This document shows, piece by piece, positions 8,057 through 17,871 of a DNA stretch of 55,592 nt. The stretch's first letter is position 1. Each line of letters starts with the position of its first letter. The DNA lies in contig CANQWH010000002.1 in assembly GCA_947627495.1 (NCBI GenBank), positions 1-55,592 of the forward strand, in the 5' to 3' direction. The position numbers were made by a program, and so were the translations under genes. The notes below the pieces were generated by a model that made no database searches, had not been told where the DNA came from, and saw only the letters and a program-made list of their open reading frames with translations. The DNA comes from an uncultured Clostridia bacterium (GTDB lineage: Bacteria; Bacillota; Clostridia; TANB77; CAG-508).

Positions 8057-8357
8057 TAGAAAATAGAATAATTTTATTATAAAAAATATTTAAATTAAGC
8101 ATTTAGTGTAAAAGTAAAAATTTTTCAAGAAATATAGTTTAATATGATGAACTTTTTATAAAATTATAAAATTATTTTGAAAACAATATAAGATATAGAT
8201 TTAAATTGTTAATGCATATATTTAAGTTAAAATAAAATGTTTACAGAAAGTCGAAAATTGTCGAAACGAAGCGAACGATTTTGCTTGATTTTAGTATAAA
8301 ACTGGTGTATTATTTTAAAGTATGTTTTTACATAAAATCAAAGAAAGGGGAAGAATA

Positions 8358-8696
8358 GTGAAAAACTTAGGGACATATTATGGAACTACTTTATTACAAG
8401 AAAAAGATGCCAGAAATACTAATAATAAAAACAAAATCGAATTAGAATATTATAGGATAAAGAAACATGGATTTATGCTAACTAAGAGAAAAACTTTTTA
8501 TGGTATAGCAGTTGTTAAAAAAGAATATGTAGAAGATAAAATAAAAATGGAAAAGAACATAATTAATAAAATAACAACGAGTGAACGTAAAATTGTGAAT
8601 ATAATAGAAAAATTAAAGAAATGTAAAGTTACACCAGTAGCATTAGAAGATGTATTAACAGATTTAATGAAAGAACCAGCATTTCAGGGAGAATAA
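8358..8696 (+). CDS. Hypothetical protein (possibly the DUF6514-type small clostridial protein)
   Basis: In-frame GTG at 8358, 7 nt after AAAGGGG. No motif recognised with certainty. Confidence 0.5.
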   Translation: MKNLGTYYGTTLLQEKDARNTNNKNKIELEYYRIKKHGFMLTKRKTFYGIAVVKKEYVEDKIKMEKNIINKITTSERKIVNIIEKLKKCKVTPVALEDVLTDLMKEPAFQGE

Positions 8697-8708
8697 AGTA
8701 AGTTAAAA

Positions 8709-8737
8709 ATAATGCCAATTATGGCATTATTTTTTTA
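8709..8737 (+). terminator. Intrinsic terminator (ATAATGCC/GGCATTAT plus a T-run)
   Basis: Read from the sequence. Confidence 0.8.
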
Positions 8738-8901
8738 GACTTCTACGAACCGTATGTTAAACAAATGAACTAAAGAATTTTTATTTTAAAGCAGTAAACT
8801 AATACTTAATTTTTACATTGAAACTTCCAAAATCCCTTTACATTTAAAGGAAGATATTGTAAAATATGTAATATATTTAAAAGAAGGAGCAGGGATGTGT
8901 A

Positions 8902-11607
8902 ATGAAAACTAATTGGTTTAATGTAACAGTAGATGAAACTGTAAAGCAATTAGGAACAGACCTTGAAAAAGGTATAACAAAAGAAGAAGTAAGTAAAAGA
9001 CAAGAGGAATATGGGCTAAATGAACTAGCTGCAAAAAAGAAGAAGAGTACTTTTGTAAAGTTTTTAGAACAATTTAAAGACTTTATGATTATAGTACTTA
9101 TTATTTCGGCCATAGTTTCTGGAGTAGTAGGTGTAACGAAAGAAGGAATTTCTGGAATTACAGATACTGTTATAATTTTAGTAGTAGTTATAGTAAATGC
9201 AATTATAGGAGTTTTACAAGAAAATAAAGCAGAAAAATCTTTGGAAGCTTTGCAAAAATTAAGTAGCCATGTTGCAAAAGTTGTTAGAGATGGTAATCTA
9301 GAAGTAATTCCATCAAGAGAATTAGTGCCAGGTGATTTAGTAGTTATAGAAACAGGTGATTATGTACCAGCAGACTTAAGAATAGTAGAAGCAGTAAATT
9401 TAAAGTCTCAGGAATCAGCATTAACAGGAGAATCTGTACCAGTTGAAAAAATGGCAGCAAAAATTGATGATGAGAAAATAGGTTTAGGAGATAGAATAAA
9501 TATGCTATTTTCATCAAGTCTAATTACATATGGTAGAGGAAAAGCAATAGTGGTTGAAACAGGTATGAATACAGAAGTTGGAAAAATAGCAAACATTATA
9601 AACTCTGCAGAAGAAGGTTCGACACCATTACAAGAAAAATTAAACAAATTAGGAAAAACATTGGGAATAGTTGCTTTAATAATTTGTTTTGTAATTTTTG
9701 GAATAGGACTTCTATATGGAAAAGATGTAATAGAAATGTTTATGACAGCAGTAAGTTTAGCTGTTGCTGCAATACCAGAAGGGTTACCAGCAGTTTCAAC
9801 AATAGTTTTAGCAATAGGTGTGCAAAGAATGGTAAAGAAAAATGCCATTGTAAAAAAATTGCCAGCAGTTGAAACCTTAGGAAGTGCAACAGTTATATGT
9901 TCAGATAAAACAGGAACATTAACACAAAATAAAATGACAGTAGAAAAAATTTTTTATAACAATAAATTAGTAGACTTAAAAAAATTTAAAAGAGATTTAG
10001 CAGATAGAGATTTGGACTTATTAGTACATACAAGTATGCTTTGTAACGATACTAAGATATCAGAAAGTAATGAACTTACAGGGGATCCAACAGAAACAGC
10101 ATTAGTAGATTTAGGTTTCAAATTAGATTATGATGGAGCCTTATATGATATGTACCCTAGAGTAAAAGAAATTCCATTCGATTCTGATAGAAAATTAATG
10201 ACAACCGTACATGATGCAAACGGAAAATACTTAGTATATACAAAAGGTGGAGTAGATGAATTATTAGCAAGATGTACAAAATACATAGTAAATGGAAATA
10301 TAAAGGAAGATTTAGATGCTTTTATACCTCAAATTAGAAAAGTAAATGATGAAATGGCAAGTTCAGCATTAAGAGTTTTAGCAATGGCATATAAAGAACT
10401 AGACCATGAGCCAACAGATGAAGAAATGAAAAACATGGAAAAAGACCTAATATATGTTGGAATGGTGGGAATGATAGATCCGCCAAGATTAGAAGTAAAA
10501 GATGCAGTTGCAAAATGTAAAAAAGCAGGAATAAAAACTGTAATGATTACAGGTGACCATAAAACAACAGCAATAGCAATAGCAAAGGCATTAGGAATAT
10601 TACAGAATGAAAAAGAAGCAATAACAGGCTTAGAACTAGAAGAAATGAGCCAAGAAAAACTAGAAAAAAATATTCGTAAATATTCTGTATATGCAAGAGT
10701 ATCACCAGAACATAAAGTTAGAATAGTAAAAGCATGGCAAGCAAATGGTGAAATAGTTGCAATGACAGGAGATGGCGTAAATGATGCTCCATCACTAAAA
10801 ATTGCAGATATAGGTTGTGCAATGGGCGTAGTTGGAACAGATGTTGCAAAAGAAGCAGCAGATGTAATATTAACAGATGATAACTTTGCAACAGTTGTAT
10901 CAGCAGTAGAAGAAGGAAGACGTATATATGATAATATATTAAAAGCAATACAATTTTTATTATCAAGTAACATTGGAGAAATAGTAACGTTATTTTTAGC
11001 AATATTAATAACACCATGGTTATCATCAAAATTTGCCATAGATATTAACTTAATACAAACATTATTACCAATACATTTATTGTGGGTAAACCTAGTAACA
11101 GACTCATTACCAGCTTTAGCATTAGCAGTAGACCCTGCAGAGGACGATGTGATGAATAGAAAACCATTAAAACATAAAGGCGGAGTATTTACAAAAGGAA
11201 TGACTTGGAGAGTAATATATCAAGGAATTATGATAGGATTAATAACACTTGCAGCATTCATATTAGGCTTAAGCACAAAAGGTGAAACCCCAGAAATGAG
11301 AGTTAAAATTGCTCAGACGATGGCATTTTATGTACTTGCACTATCAGAATTAGCACATATATTTAATGTAAGAAATAACCATAAATCATTATTCAAAACA
11401 AAGGTATTTAACAATAGCAAATTAATTCTAGCAGTTGTAGGTTCTGCAGCATTAATGTTTGTAATACTTGCAACAGAAAGCATTAGAAATATATTTAGCA
11501 TAGCTTTGTTACCAGCAGAGCATATAGTAGAAATAATATTATTAGTAATATCTCCTATATTAGTAGTAGAATTATTTAAACTATTAAAAATAAATGGAAA
11601 AGAATAA
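8902..11607 (+). CDS. Calcium-translocating P-type ATPase (P2A/P2B type)
   Basis: CSDKTGTLTQNKM, MITGDH, TGDGVNDAPSLK, and about 10 TM segments. Confidence 0.9.
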   Translation: MKTNWFNVTVDETVKQLGTDLEKGITKEEVSKRQEEYGLNELAAKKKKSTFVKFLEQFKDFMIIVLIISAIVSGVVGVTKEGISGITDTVIILVVVIVNAIIGVLQENKAEKSLEALQKLSSHVAKVVRDGNLEVIPSRELVPGDLVVIETGDYVPADLRIVEAVNLKSQESALTGESVPVEKMAAKIDDEKIGLGDRINMLFSSSLITYGRGKAIVVETGMNTEVGKIANIINSAEEGSTPLQEKLNKLGKTLGIVALIICFVIFGIGLLYGKDVIEMFMTAVSLAVAAIPEGLPAVSTIVLAIGVQRMVKKNAIVKKLPAVETLGSATVICSDKTGTLTQNKMTVEKIFYNNKLVDLKKFKRDLADRDLDLLVHTSMLCNDTKISESNELTGDPTETALVDLGFKLDYDGALYDMYPRVKEIPFDSDRKLMTTVHDANGKYLVYTKGGVDELLARCTKYIVNGNIKEDLDAFIPQIRKVNDEMASSALRVLAMAYKELDHEPTDEEMKNMEKDLIYVGMVGMIDPPRLEVKDAVAKCKKAGIKTVMITGDHKTTAIAIAKALGILQNEKEAITGLELEEMSQEKLEKNIRKYSVYARVSPEHKVRIVKAWQANGEIVAMTGDGVNDAPSLKIADIGCAMGVVGTDVAKEAADVILTDDNFATVVSAVEEGRRIYDNILKAIQFLLSSNIGEIVTLFLAILITPWLSSKFAIDINLIQTLLPIHLLWVNLVTDSLPALALAVDPAEDDVMNRKPLKHKGGVFTKGMTWRVIYQGIMIGLITLAAFILGLSTKGETPEMRVKIAQTMAFYVLALSELAHIFNVRNNHKSLFKTKVFNNSKLILAVVGSAALMFVILATESIRNIFSIALLPAEHIVEIILLVISPILVVELFKLLKINGKE

Positions 11608-11619
11608 AGATATAAAGAT

Positions 11620-11645
11620 CTATCACACGTGTGGTAGGTTTTTAT
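11620..11645 (+). terminator. Intrinsic terminator candidate
   Basis: CTATCACACGTGTGGTAG hairpin followed by GTTTTTA. Confidence 0.5.
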
Positions 11646-11752
11646 ATATAATAATATTTTCCACAAATCCCACATATTTTACTTGACTAAGCGTAAAAAT
11701 TAATGTATATTATATAGTGTATATTAAAGAAAGAAAAGGTGAAATATTATAT

Positions 11753-14035
11753 ATGTTATGTTCAGTATGTCATAAAAATATGGCAGTAATTTTTACAAAA
11801 AAAGTAGATGGAGAAAAAAATAGTAAAATGGAAGGATATTGTTATAGTTGTGCAAAAGAAAGAGGAATAAATCCATTAGAAGTATTAGTACAACAAGCAG
11901 GTTTAACAGATGAACAACTAGACAATATGTCTCATCAATTTGAATCAATGTTAAATGAAATATCAGAAGGAATAGATCCAAATGATTTAGAAAATTCAGA
12001 AAATATAGAAAATTGTGGAATTCCATTAGGAAATATATTTTCAAATATGTTTTCTGGTGATAAAAAGCAGGAGCAAAGCCAAGAACAATCAAGTAATAAA
12101 AAGGTAAAAACTAAACCAAGAGAAAAGAAAAAAAGTTTCCTAGATGTATATGGAACAAATTTAACAGCAAAAGCGAGAAGAAATGAATTAGACATGGTTA
12201 TAGGAAGAAATAGTGAAATTGAAAGAGTTACGCAAATTCTAAATAGACGTTTAAAAAATAACCCATGTTTAATAGGAGAACCAGGTGTTGGAAAAACAGC
12301 AATAGCAAATGGTTTAGCTATAAAAATTGCAAAACAAGAAGTTCCAGCAAAACTTTTAAATAAAGAAGTATATTTATTGGATATGACAGCAGTAATAGCA
12401 GGCACACAATTTAGAGGACAATTTGAGGGAAGAATGAAAGCATTAATAGATGAATGTAGAGAATCTGGCAATATAATTTTGGTAATAGATGAAATTCATA
12501 ATATAATAGGTGCTGGAGATGCAGAACATTCAATGAATGCTGCAAATATTTTAAAACCATCACTTGCAAATGGGGAAGTACAACTAATAGGCACAACAAC
12601 TTTAAAAGAATATAGAAAATATATTGAAAAAGATACCGCATTAGAAAGAAGATTGCAACCAGTTATTGTTGAAGAGCCAACAGTTGATGCAACCATTGAA
12701 ATTCTAAAAGAAATAAAAAAATATTACGAAGACTTTCATAAAGTAGCAATATCAAATGATGTTATAGAGCAAACTGTTAAAATGTCTGAAAAATATATAC
12801 ATGATAGATTTTTACCAGATAAAGCAATAGATATATTAGATGAAGCCTGTGCAAAAATAAATCTTAATAATAAAGAGTTATATCAATTGGAAATGCTAAA
12901 AAATAGACTAGCAAAAATAGAACAAGAAAAAGAAGAAGCAGTACAATTAGATTCAATTGAAGAATATCAAAAAGCAGCAGATTTAAAAACCGAAGAGTGT
13001 AATATAAAAGACAAAATAGAGGCACTAGATAAAAAATTAATAGTAAAAAATCTTACTGTTCAAGATGTTGCAGAAGTAATAGAACATGCAACCAAAATAC
13101 CTGTTAAGAAAATAACAGAAGCAGAAGTACAAAAACTATTAAATTTAGAGCAAAACTTACATAATAGAATTATTGGCCAAGATGAAGCAGTAAAAGCAGT
13201 AGCAAAGGCAATTAGAAGAAATAGAGCAGGACTTCAAAGTTCAAAAAGACCACCATCATTTATATTTGTTGGACCTACAGGTGTAGGTAAAACAGAATTA
13301 GCAAAAGCATTAGCTTATGAAATGTTTGGTAGTGAAGACTCAATAATTAGAATAGATATGTCTGAATATATGGAGAGTCATTCAACAGCAAAATTAATAG
13401 GCTCACCTCCAGGATATGTAGGATATGATGATGCAGGTCAACTTACAGAAAAGGTAAAAAGAAAACCTTATTCTATAATATTGTTAGATGAAATAGAGAA
13501 AGCACATCAAGATGTATTTAATTTATTACTACAAATATTAGATGATGGAAAACTTACAGATTCTCAAGGAAATACTGTAAATTTTGAAAATACAATAATA
13601 ATAATGACATCAAATGCTGGTTCTAATTTAAATAATAACTCAATAGGGTTTGGAAAGGAAACTATTGATAAAGATAAAACAGAAAGAGCATTAAGAGAAA
13701 TATTTAGACCAGAATTCTTAAACAGAGTAGATGAAATAATACCATTCGATAGTTTAACAAAAGAACAATTATTGCAAATAGTAGACTTATTGTTAAAAAA
13801 TACACAAAATGTATTAGATAATAAAAATATTAAATTACAAGTATCAGATGAAGCTAAAAAATATGTATTAGAAAAAGGAACAGATATAAAATATGGAGCA
13901 AGACCACTAAGAAGAGCAATTCAAAGATATATAGAAGATGAAATATCAGAAATGATATTAAAGGGAGAATTACAGCAATATCAAACAATAGAAGTAACAT
14001 TGGAGGATGAGAAATTGAAATTTACTTCAAAGTAA
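11753..14035 (+). CDS. ClpA/ClpC-family double AAA+ ATPase. An N-terminal CxxC...CxxC zinc ribbon takes the place of the Clp_N repeats.
   Basis: Two Walker A motifs ([18 protein letters not shown]). The N-terminus MLCSVCHKNMAVIF...CYSCAKERGI resembles the McsA N-terminus. The start is taken at the ATG after AAAGGTG. Confidence 0.85.
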   Translation: MLCSVCHKNMAVIFTKKVDGEKNSKMEGYCYSCAKERGINPLEVLVQQAGLTDEQLDNMSHQFESMLNEISEGIDPNDLENSENIENCGIPLGNIFSNMFSGDKKQEQSQEQSSNKKVKTKPREKKKSFLDVYGTNLTAKARRNELDMVIGRNSEIERVTQILNRRLKNNPCLIGEPGVGKTAIANGLAIKIAKQEVPAKLLNKEVYLLDMTAVIAGTQFRGQFEGRMKALIDECRESGNIILVIDEIHNIIGAGDAEHSMNAANILKPSLANGEVQLIGTTTLKEYRKYIEKDTALERRLQPVIVEEPTVDATIEILKEIKKYYEDFHKVAISNDVIEQTVKMSEKYIHDRFLPDKAIDILDEACAKINLNNKELYQLEMLKNRLAKIEQEKEEAVQLDSIEEYQKAADLKTEECNIKDKIEALDKKLIVKNLTVQDVAEVIEHATKIPVKKITEAEVQKLLNLEQNLHNRIIGQDEAVKAVAKAIRRNRAGLQSSKRPPSFIFVGPTGVGKTELAKALAYEMFGSEDSIIRIDMSEYMESHSTAKLIGSPPGYVGYDDAGQLTEKVKRKPYSIILLDEIEKAHQDVFNLLLQILDDGKLTDSQGNTVNFENTIIIMTSNAGSNLNNNSIGFGKETIDKDKTERALREIFRPEFLNRVDEIIPFDSLTKEQLLQIVDLLLKNTQNVLDNKNIKLQVSDEAKKYVLEKGTDIKYGARPLRRAIQRYIEDEISEMILKGELQQYQTIEVTLEDEKLKFTSK

Positions 14036-14045
14036 GGGAGGAATT

Positions 14046-14612
14046 ATGTTAAAACATATACCAAATGCATTAACAATATTGAGGTTTCTACTTATACCAA
14101 TAATAATATTGGCATGTGCACAAAATAACTATATAGTAGCAATAATATTTTTAAGTGTATCAGGTTTAACAGATATATTGGATGGAACTATTGCGAGAAA
14201 ATTTAACTTAATATCAGACTTTGGCAAGCTAATGGATCCATTGGCAGATAAAGCTACGCAAATAAGTTTATTAACTACTTTATTCGTAAAAGGCATAATA
14301 CCCATATGGATATTAGTTATAGTAGTCTTAAAAGAATTCTGTATGGTATCTGGGGCATCTTTCCTATATGGAAAAGAGCTTGTAGTATCAAGTAAATGGT
14401 ATGGAAAATTGGCAACAGTATTGTTTTATGTAGCAATGGTAGTATCATTGTTATTACAGCAAATAGAACCTGTAATAGAAAGAGATATAACTGCAATTGT
14501 AAAAGTAAATAATATAATTTACTACCTAGCAGTAATTACAACAATTGTATCATTGATATTATATGTAAAAGCTTTTTACGTACAAGGATATTTAAAGAAA
14601 AATAATGAATAG
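14046..14612 (+). CDS. pgsA: CDP-diacylglycerol-glycerol-3-phosphate 3-phosphatidyltransferase
   Basis: CDP-alcohol phosphatidyltransferase motif DILDGTIARKFNLISDFGKLMDPLADK. Confidence 0.85.
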   Translation: MLKHIPNALTILRFLLIPIIILACAQNNYIVAIIFLSVSGLTDILDGTIARKFNLISDFGKLMDPLADKATQISLLTTLFVKGIIPIWILVIVVLKEFCMVSGASFLYGKELVVSSKWYGKLATVLFYVAMVVSLLLQQIEPVIERDITAIVKVNNIIYYLAVITTIVSLILYVKAFYVQGYLKKNNE

Positions 14613-14615
14613 ATA

Positions 14616-14648
14616 AAAGAGCGATTAAAACTCGCTCTTTAATTTTTC
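14616..14648 (+). terminator. Intrinsic terminator (AAAGAGCGA/TCGCTCTTT)
   Basis: Read from the sequence. Confidence 0.75.
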
Positions 14649-14725
14649 TAAAAGTTTTATATATAATATTGACAAATAAGCAATCAAATGATATTATATG
14701 GCTAATGTTAGAGGAGGTGAATGAT

Positions 14726-15130
14726 ATGTCAAAAGAACTTGAGAATGAAACGCAAAATCTTCAAGAGAGAACACTGAAATTTGAAAAAGAAATGAAAGAA
14801 TTTAATTATAAAATGCAAAAATTTGAGGATGAAATTCGAAAAGAACTAAAAGAAAATCACAAATTTCAAGATGGAATGCTAAAAAAAATTGATGAAATAA
14901 ATAGGAATATTGAAGATGTTAGTGAAAGAATAGAAAAAAAGTGTGAGCTAATATCAAAATCAGTAGTTTTACTTGAAGATGAAGTAACAAATAAAATTCC
15001 AGTATTGTTTGAGGCGTATACTATACATCAAGATAAAATAAAAGAAAGCGAGAAAAATGTTAATTCAATAAATGAAAAAATTGAAGAGCATGATATAAGA
15101 ATTTCGTATTTAGAGGGAAAAATTGTATAA
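14726..15130 (+). CDS. Hypothetical coiled-coil protein
   Basis: ATG at 14726 after GAGGAGGTG. Heptad-rich K/E sequence. Confidence 0.6.
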   Translation: MSKELENETQNLQERTLKFEKEMKEFNYKMQKFEDEIRKELKENHKFQDGMLKKIDEINRNIEDVSERIEKKCELISKSVVLLEDEVTNKIPVLFEAYTIHQDKIKESEKNVNSINEKIEEHDIRISYLEGKIV

Positions 15131-15310
15131 TTCTTAAGTTAGATAAAATAGGGAAGAATGTACAAGAAGAAGCTTAAAAGTGTAATTAGAATTAATTATA
15201 GTTTTAAGCTTCTTTTTGCGTTAGAACGAAAAAATATGTAAACTTGCATAAACAAAAAAAATGTAATATATTATATGAGAGTAAATTTCTGTAAGAGAAA
15301 GGGTGGTTGT

Positions 15311-16225
15311 ATGAAAATAGGTATAGATATAGGTGGAAGTCATGTAGGAATTGGACTAATAGACCAAAGAGGAAGTATTGTAGAAAAAGAAGAACAAGAC
15401 TTATGTAATGATTTACAAGAAGAAAATTATGGTCAAAAACTAGTAGAAACAATAATTGAACTAATAACAAAAATACTTGAAAAGAAGCAAATAGATATAA
15501 AAGAAATAAGCTTAATAGGAATAGCAATTCCGGGAACAGTATCAAATACACATATAATCAAAGCAGATAATTTACATATAAAAGACTTTAATATAGTATC
15601 AGAAATTAATAAATACTTTAATATACCAATAGTATTAAGAAATGATGCAAAATGTGCAGCTATTGCAGAAAAAGAATATGGAGGATTAAAAAAATACGAT
15701 GATGTAGTATTCCTTACAATAGGTACAGGAATAGGAGGAGCAGTTTATTTAGGAGGGAAATTATTAAAACCTAGTAAATTTGAAGGCTTTGAAATAGGAC
15801 ATATGGTAATAAAAAAAGACGGACTACAATGTAACTGTGGAAGAAAAGGCTGTTTTGAAAAATATGCATCAATGAGAGCTCTAAAGGATAAATTACAAAA
15901 AGAATTAAAAAATGAAAAATTAACAGGTGAGGAAATTAAAGAACTATTAAGCAGTAACAATAATGAAAGGGTAGAAAAGATAATAAATGAATATATAGAA
16001 AACTTAAGTATAGGTATTGCAAATCTAATAAATATATTTGAGCCACAAACAATATCAATAGGAGGAAGTTTTGTATATTTTAAAGATATATTATTAGATA
16101 GATTAGTAAAAAAACTAAGTGAGAAAAATATGTTATTTAATAACCAAGAACCTCCCAAAATGATTACAGCCAAATTAAAGAATAATGCAGGAATAATTGG
16201 AGCAGTTATAGAATATAAAGATTAA
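15311..16225 (+). CDS. ROK family sugar kinase (glucokinase-like)
   Basis: MKIGIDIGGSHVG, TIGTGIGGA, and the cysteine motif GHMVIKKDGLQCNCGRKGC. Confidence 0.85.
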   Translation: MKIGIDIGGSHVGIGLIDQRGSIVEKEEQDLCNDLQEENYGQKLVETIIELITKILEKKQIDIKEISLIGIAIPGTVSNTHIIKADNLHIKDFNIVSEINKYFNIPIVLRNDAKCAAIAEKEYGGLKKYDDVVFLTIGTGIGGAVYLGGKLLKPSKFEGFEIGHMVIKKDGLQCNCGRKGCFEKYASMRALKDKLQKELKNEKLTGEEIKELLSSNNNERVEKIINEYIENLSIGIANLINIFEPQTISIGGSFVYFKDILLDRLVKKLSEKNMLFNNQEPPKMITAKLKNNAGIIGAVIEYKD

Positions 16226-16297
16226 GATTTGTTAATAATTAAGATAGAACAAATAAATATATAACTCCTGCTTTAGTTAAAGAAAGGAATGATGAAA

Positions 16298-16834
16298 ATG
16301 TTGTGTGATAATTGTGGAAAAAATGAGGCAGAGATAAGAATTACACAAATAATAAATGGCAAAAAAACGGAAATGATGCTATGCAGAGAATGTGCAAGTG
16401 AAATGGGAATAGCAAGTCTAGATTTTGAAATGCCAATAGATATATCTAATTTTTTAGGAGATTTCTTATTAGAAGATGAAAATGAAGAGTTTCATCTTCC
16501 TAATGTAAAAAATCAATTAAAATGTAATAAATGTGGTATGTCTTATGATGAATTTTTAAGTAATGGAAAATTTGGTTGTGAAGAATGTTATAAAACGTTT
16601 GAAGATAAGATAAATATAATGTTAAAGCGTATACAAGGAACGGATAGATATATAGGGAAAAAAGCAAATAATAAAGAAGAAAATAAAATAGAAGAAGTAA
16701 AAACAAATAATGTAGAAAAAACAAGTAGTAAGTTAGAAGAGTTACAAAAACAGTTAAAAGATGCAATAAAAGAAGAAAGATATGAAGATGCTGCAAAAAT
16801 AAGAGATGAGATAAGAAAGGAAGGATTACAGTAA
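16298..16834 (+). CDS. mcsA: Protein arginine kinase activator McsA (two zinc ribbons plus a UVR motif)
   Basis: CDNCGKN...CRECA, CNKCG...CEECY, ERYEDAAKIRDEI. The ATG at 16298 has the best RBS spacing. In-frame ATGs also occur at 16289 and 16292. Confidence 0.85.
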   Translation: MLCDNCGKNEAEIRITQIINGKKTEMMLCRECASEMGIASLDFEMPIDISNFLGDFLLEDENEEFHLPNVKNQLKCNKCGMSYDEFLSNGKFGCEECYKTFEDKINIMLKRIQGTDRYIGKKANNKEENKIEEVKTNNVEKTSSKLEELQKQLKDAIKEERYEDAAKIRDEIRKEGLQ

Positions 16835-17848
16835 ATGTCAAATTGGTATTTTGAAACTACAAATGAAGATACAGTTATAAGTACAAGAATTAGAATAGCA
16901 AGAAACATATCTGGAATGCCATTTATAAACAAAATGAATAATGAACAAGCAATGAATGTTATAAAAATAATAGAAAATGCTATTCAAAATATAAATTATG
17001 GGCTAAAAGTAATGCTTTTAAAAGATATGGACGATATAACAAAATTATCTCTAGTAGAAAAACATATAATAAGTCCAGAATTTGCATTAAATAAAAATGA
17101 AATAGGAGCAATAGCAATAAATCAAGATGAAAATATATGTATAATGATAAATGAAGAAGACCATTTAAGGATACAAACATTTTCTGCAGGGCTAAATTTG
17201 GAAAGTACATTATCATTAGCAATGGAAATAGAAGAAGCCTTAAATAAAAGTGTAAACTACGCATATGACGAAAAACATGGATTTTTAACAAGTTGCCCAA
17301 CAAATGTTGGAACAGCATTAAGAGCATCTGTAATGGTACATTTACCAGCGTTAACGAAAACATATAATATAGAAAAAGTACTAAATGCAGTAAATGGATT
17401 TGGAATGAACATAAGAGGAATATATGGAGAAGGAACAAATTCAAAAGGCGATGTATACCAAATTTCTAATAAACAAACATTAGGAATAACAGAAATAGAA
17501 ACAATAAAAAATGTAAAAGCAATAACAGATAGAGTTATAGAACAAGAAAAACTCGCAAGACAAATATTAACAAAAAAGCCAATAGAATTAGAAGACGAAG
17601 TATATAGAGCGTATGGCTTACTTACAAATTGTAGAAAGATATCTTCAGATGAATGTATAATTTTACTTTCAGAAATACGTTTAGGAATAGAACTAGGAAT
17701 AATAAAAGAAATAAAAGAATCAACCTTAAATAAAATTGAAGTTTATACTAAGCCAGCAAACCTACAAAAACAGATAGGACAAGTATTTGGAGGGTACGAA
17801 AGAGATATAAAAAGAGCAGAAATTATAAAACAAATTATTAATGAGTAA
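16835..17848 (+). CDS. mcsB: Protein arginine kinase McsB
   Basis: Phosphagen-kinase-like core (EEDHLRIQ, GFLTSCPTNVGTALRASV). Confidence 0.9.
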   Translation: MSNWYFETTNEDTVISTRIRIARNISGMPFINKMNNEQAMNVIKIIENAIQNINYGLKVMLLKDMDDITKLSLVEKHIISPEFALNKNEIGAIAINQDENICIMINEEDHLRIQTFSAGLNLESTLSLAMEIEEALNKSVNYAYDEKHGFLTSCPTNVGTALRASVMVHLPALTKTYNIEKVLNAVNGFGMNIRGIYGEGTNSKGDVYQISNKQTLGITEIETIKNVKAITDRVIEQEKLARQILTKKPIELEDEVYRAYGLLTNCRKISSDECIILLSEIRLGIELGIIKEIKESTLNKIEVYTKPANLQKQIGQVFGGYERDIKRAEIIKQIINE

Positions 17849-17871
17849 GGCAGGAAAGGAAGGATTTTTTT

